Below, one piece after another: positions 22,255 through 24,806 of a DNA stretch of 24,806 bases (positions are counted from its first letter, which is position 1; every line of letters begins with the position of its first letter). The position numbers and the translations under genes are program-made. Under the pieces are notes generated by a model. The model made no database searches. It had not been told where the DNA came from and worked only from the letters and a program-made list of their open reading frames with translations. The DNA comes from Elsinoe ampelina (lineage: Eukaryota). Location of the stretch: NCBI GenBank assembly GCA_010093995.1, contig ML992501.1:1642566-1667371 (forward strand), given 5' to 3'.

Positions 22255-24200
22255 TTACTTTAAGCTTTAGACAAATAAGATAGCTTAATAAGTAGTAGTA
22301 GCATAAATAATATACTTAAAATAATAATATATATAAAATCTAAATAAGTATATAGTGTAGATATATACTAAGTAATTAGCCTTTACTAATTAATTAAGGA
22401 TCTTATTAGGAGACTTAGGCTTTATAAGTGCATTAGCTAATTACTAAGTTATATTAATATACTTAAGCTTAATTACTCTAAGTTTATACTACTCTCTATA
22501 GTAATAATTCCTTAAATTAACATACTTAGATCTCCTTAAATTAGTATAATCTCTTATAAGTTTAATAGCTAACTTATTGTTAATAAAGACTATAGTTAGG
22601 CTAAGGTAAATATTAGCAAGTAGCCTAAGTTTAATAATGAGATTTCTTAACTAATTAATCTCTCTATAGGTCTTAGTAAGGGTAAGGTATTTAGCCTTAG
22701 TGCTTAATAATATAATAATCTTCTATAGCCTTAACTTCTAAATAACTAGTGTACTAAGTATGTAAATAATAGTGCTAGATATAGATCTTGTAGTTAATCT
22801 ATCTCTAGCAAAGTCTAAGTTAAAGTAGGCCTTAATTGTATTAACTAATAGTCTATTAGTCTTCTTAAAGGTAAGGCCCTTTACAATAGTTCTATTAATA
22901 TACCTCTAGATCTACTTAGCTATAACTACATAAGCTATAGTTAGATTCTAAAGGAACCTAGCTAGGTAATTAGTGGTATAGCTAATATTAGGCCTTATGT
23001 TATTAGCTAGATATTATAATTTACTAATAATTCTATTAAATGTCTTATAGTACTAAGCATTAACTTAGCTATTAGTTAGTTTATAGAGTTAATTAATAGG
23101 ATACTTTATAGTTCTTACTTAGTAAAGATTATAACCTTTAAGCTTCTCCTTTAAGTAGTGTAATTGCTTAATCTTAATTAAGTTCTTAGTTCTATAAAGT
23201 TAAACACTAAGGAAGAGGTTTAAGTTTATAATCTTCATTAGAAACTTAAGATAAAGATCTTTAACTAGCTTGTCTATATGCTTCTACCTAGTAGTAATAA
23301 TCCTAAAGTTATTAACATACATAAGAACTATATAATACTTGTTAATAAAGAGATAGGCATTACTATAGGATCTAATAAAACTAAGTANNNNNNNNNNATT
23401 AACTTAGCTATTAGTTAGTTTATAGAGTTAATTAATAGGATACTTTATAGTTCTTACTTAGTAAAGATTATAACCTTTAAGCTTCTCCTTTAAGTAGTGT
23501 AATTGCTTAATCTTAATTAAGTTCTTAGTTCTATAAAGTTAAACACTAAGGAAGAGGTTTAAGTTTATAATCTTCATTAGAAACTTAAGATAAAGATCTT
23601 TAACTAGCTTATCTATATGCTTCTACCTAGTAGTAATAATCCTAAAGTTATTAACATACATAAGAACTATATAATACTTGTTAATAAAGAGATAGGCATT
23701 ACTATAGGATCTAATAAAACTAAGTAATAGAAGTGCCTTAACTATAGCGTTATACTAGAGGGCAGTAGCTTACTTAAGCCTATATAAGCCCTTTATAAGA
23801 ACAATAAGCTTGTCCTGTTTACTAGGAATTAGTACGCCTTCTAGGCAGGAGATATAGTTCTTAATATTAATATCTAGTCTAAGGAATATAGTAACTACAT
23901 CTACTATTATAATAACCTAGTTATAATAAAGAGTATATACAAGGATTACTCTCCTAGTTTTAGCTCTTAGTGTTAGTATAAAGGTTCTAACAAAGTTAAT
24001 ACCTACTCTTTAAGTAAAGCCCCTTATAGTCTAACAAGCCTTATATCTTTTAACTTTGCTATTAGTAAGCCTCTTAGTCTTAAAGACCTATTTACCTATT
24101 ATTAGCCTAACACCTCTTAGTGCCTAAGATTTCTTAATGATTAAAAAGGTTTTAGAGTTAGTTAGAGCCTTCTACTCTACCTCTATTATAGCTTACTAGT
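22255..24200 (-). pseudogene. Reverse transcriptase / RNase H relic of right copia element (approximate bounds)
   Basis: Degenerate copia RT and RNase H motifs read on the minus strand after reverting TpA. Confidence 0.85.
23388..23397. other. Assembly gap (10 N) flanked by a 329-bp duplicated overlap
   Basis: 23059-23387 is repeated at 23398-23726 directly across the N run. Confidence 0.95.
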
Positions 24201-24806
24201 AATAACCTTTAGGAGAGGATAGTATATCTCTTACTATTTATAGGTCTAGCTTAAAATTAATAGCTATAGATCTAATAATCTTACTATTGTTAAGTTTCTT
24301 ATAATTAATCTAGCGATGTATTCTAAGGGACTTTCTAATAGTTTCTTATAGTAAGAGAGATCTCTTCCTTTTACTAGTTAGAGGTTGTATGTTAAATAGT
24401 GTAATAAGGAAGTTAATATCCTTATTCTATATATACATTAGTAGTTAATTAACATTAACTATAGGATTAAAGGTTAAATATAGTTCACTAATAACTTTAG
24501 GTAGTAGTGTTATAAGGTCTTTACCTTTATAATTAGCAACATTAAGTTGCTCCCCCTATTTATTAACAGGTTAAGGATCTAGTTTAGGATGTTAGTGTTA
24601 CTCCTTCTATTCTTTAATAGGGGTAGATAATTGTTGTTTATATCTAGAGATAGAAGGGTAGTTAGATATTAGTTATTTAACTTAAGGTTGTTTAGCCTAA
24701 GTAGTTTATAGATTCTTATAACTAAAGGGTAGTTAGTTATAGCTATAGCCTTAATTATAATTACTACTAAATGTCTACTCCCTCTAAAGCTATAAAGCCT
24801 TAGGTT

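Larger units (their letters stand above)
20467..24806 (-). mobile_element. Second Ty1/copia LTR retrotransposon (3' portion), heavily RIPped, continues beyond the window
   Basis: On the minus strand: degenerate GKWVFKTK (about 24080-24100), KGLYGLKQ (about 23770-23795), YVDD-like YVNN (about 23310 and 23650), EAEY-like RNase H motif (about 22460-22480), then PPT and LTR. Its LTR is unrelated to that of the left element. Confidence 0.92.

Noticed and set aside
23398..23726. Biological tandem duplication in RT
   Set aside because: Sits exactly across a 10-N placeholder gap; most likely a scaffolding overlap artefact.

Overview
Filamentous ascomycete (Pezizomycotina-type) genomic DNA: short GT-AG introns with CTAAC/CTGAC branch points and strong RIP signatures. 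A compact gene island of about 15 kb lies between two RIP-inactivated Ty1/copia LTR retrotransposons. The left element is complete (171-5534, 259-bp LTRs, CGCAT target-site duplication). The right element is on the minus strand, runs off the window and contains an assembly gap. The island holds a hypothetical gene, RNA polymerase I subunit RPA2/RPA135, a divergent Arl8-type GTPase, a Mutator-like MITE with a 9-bp TSD, an RCR-type membrane protein, THI4 with an intronic TPP riboswitch, a lipocalin-like domain gene and a TOXD/enoyl-reductase-like oxidoreductase. Two observations stand out. (1) The right copia carries, between RNase H and the PPT, a reconstructable antisense, intron-containing gene of about 369 codons with a Cys-rich motif resembling DUF3716. 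(2) Upstream of the THI4 riboswitch is a 64-nt segment complementary to almost the whole 3' half of the aptamer, overlapping the proximal 5' splice site and three uAUGs. All calls come from manual reading; no searches or folding were run.
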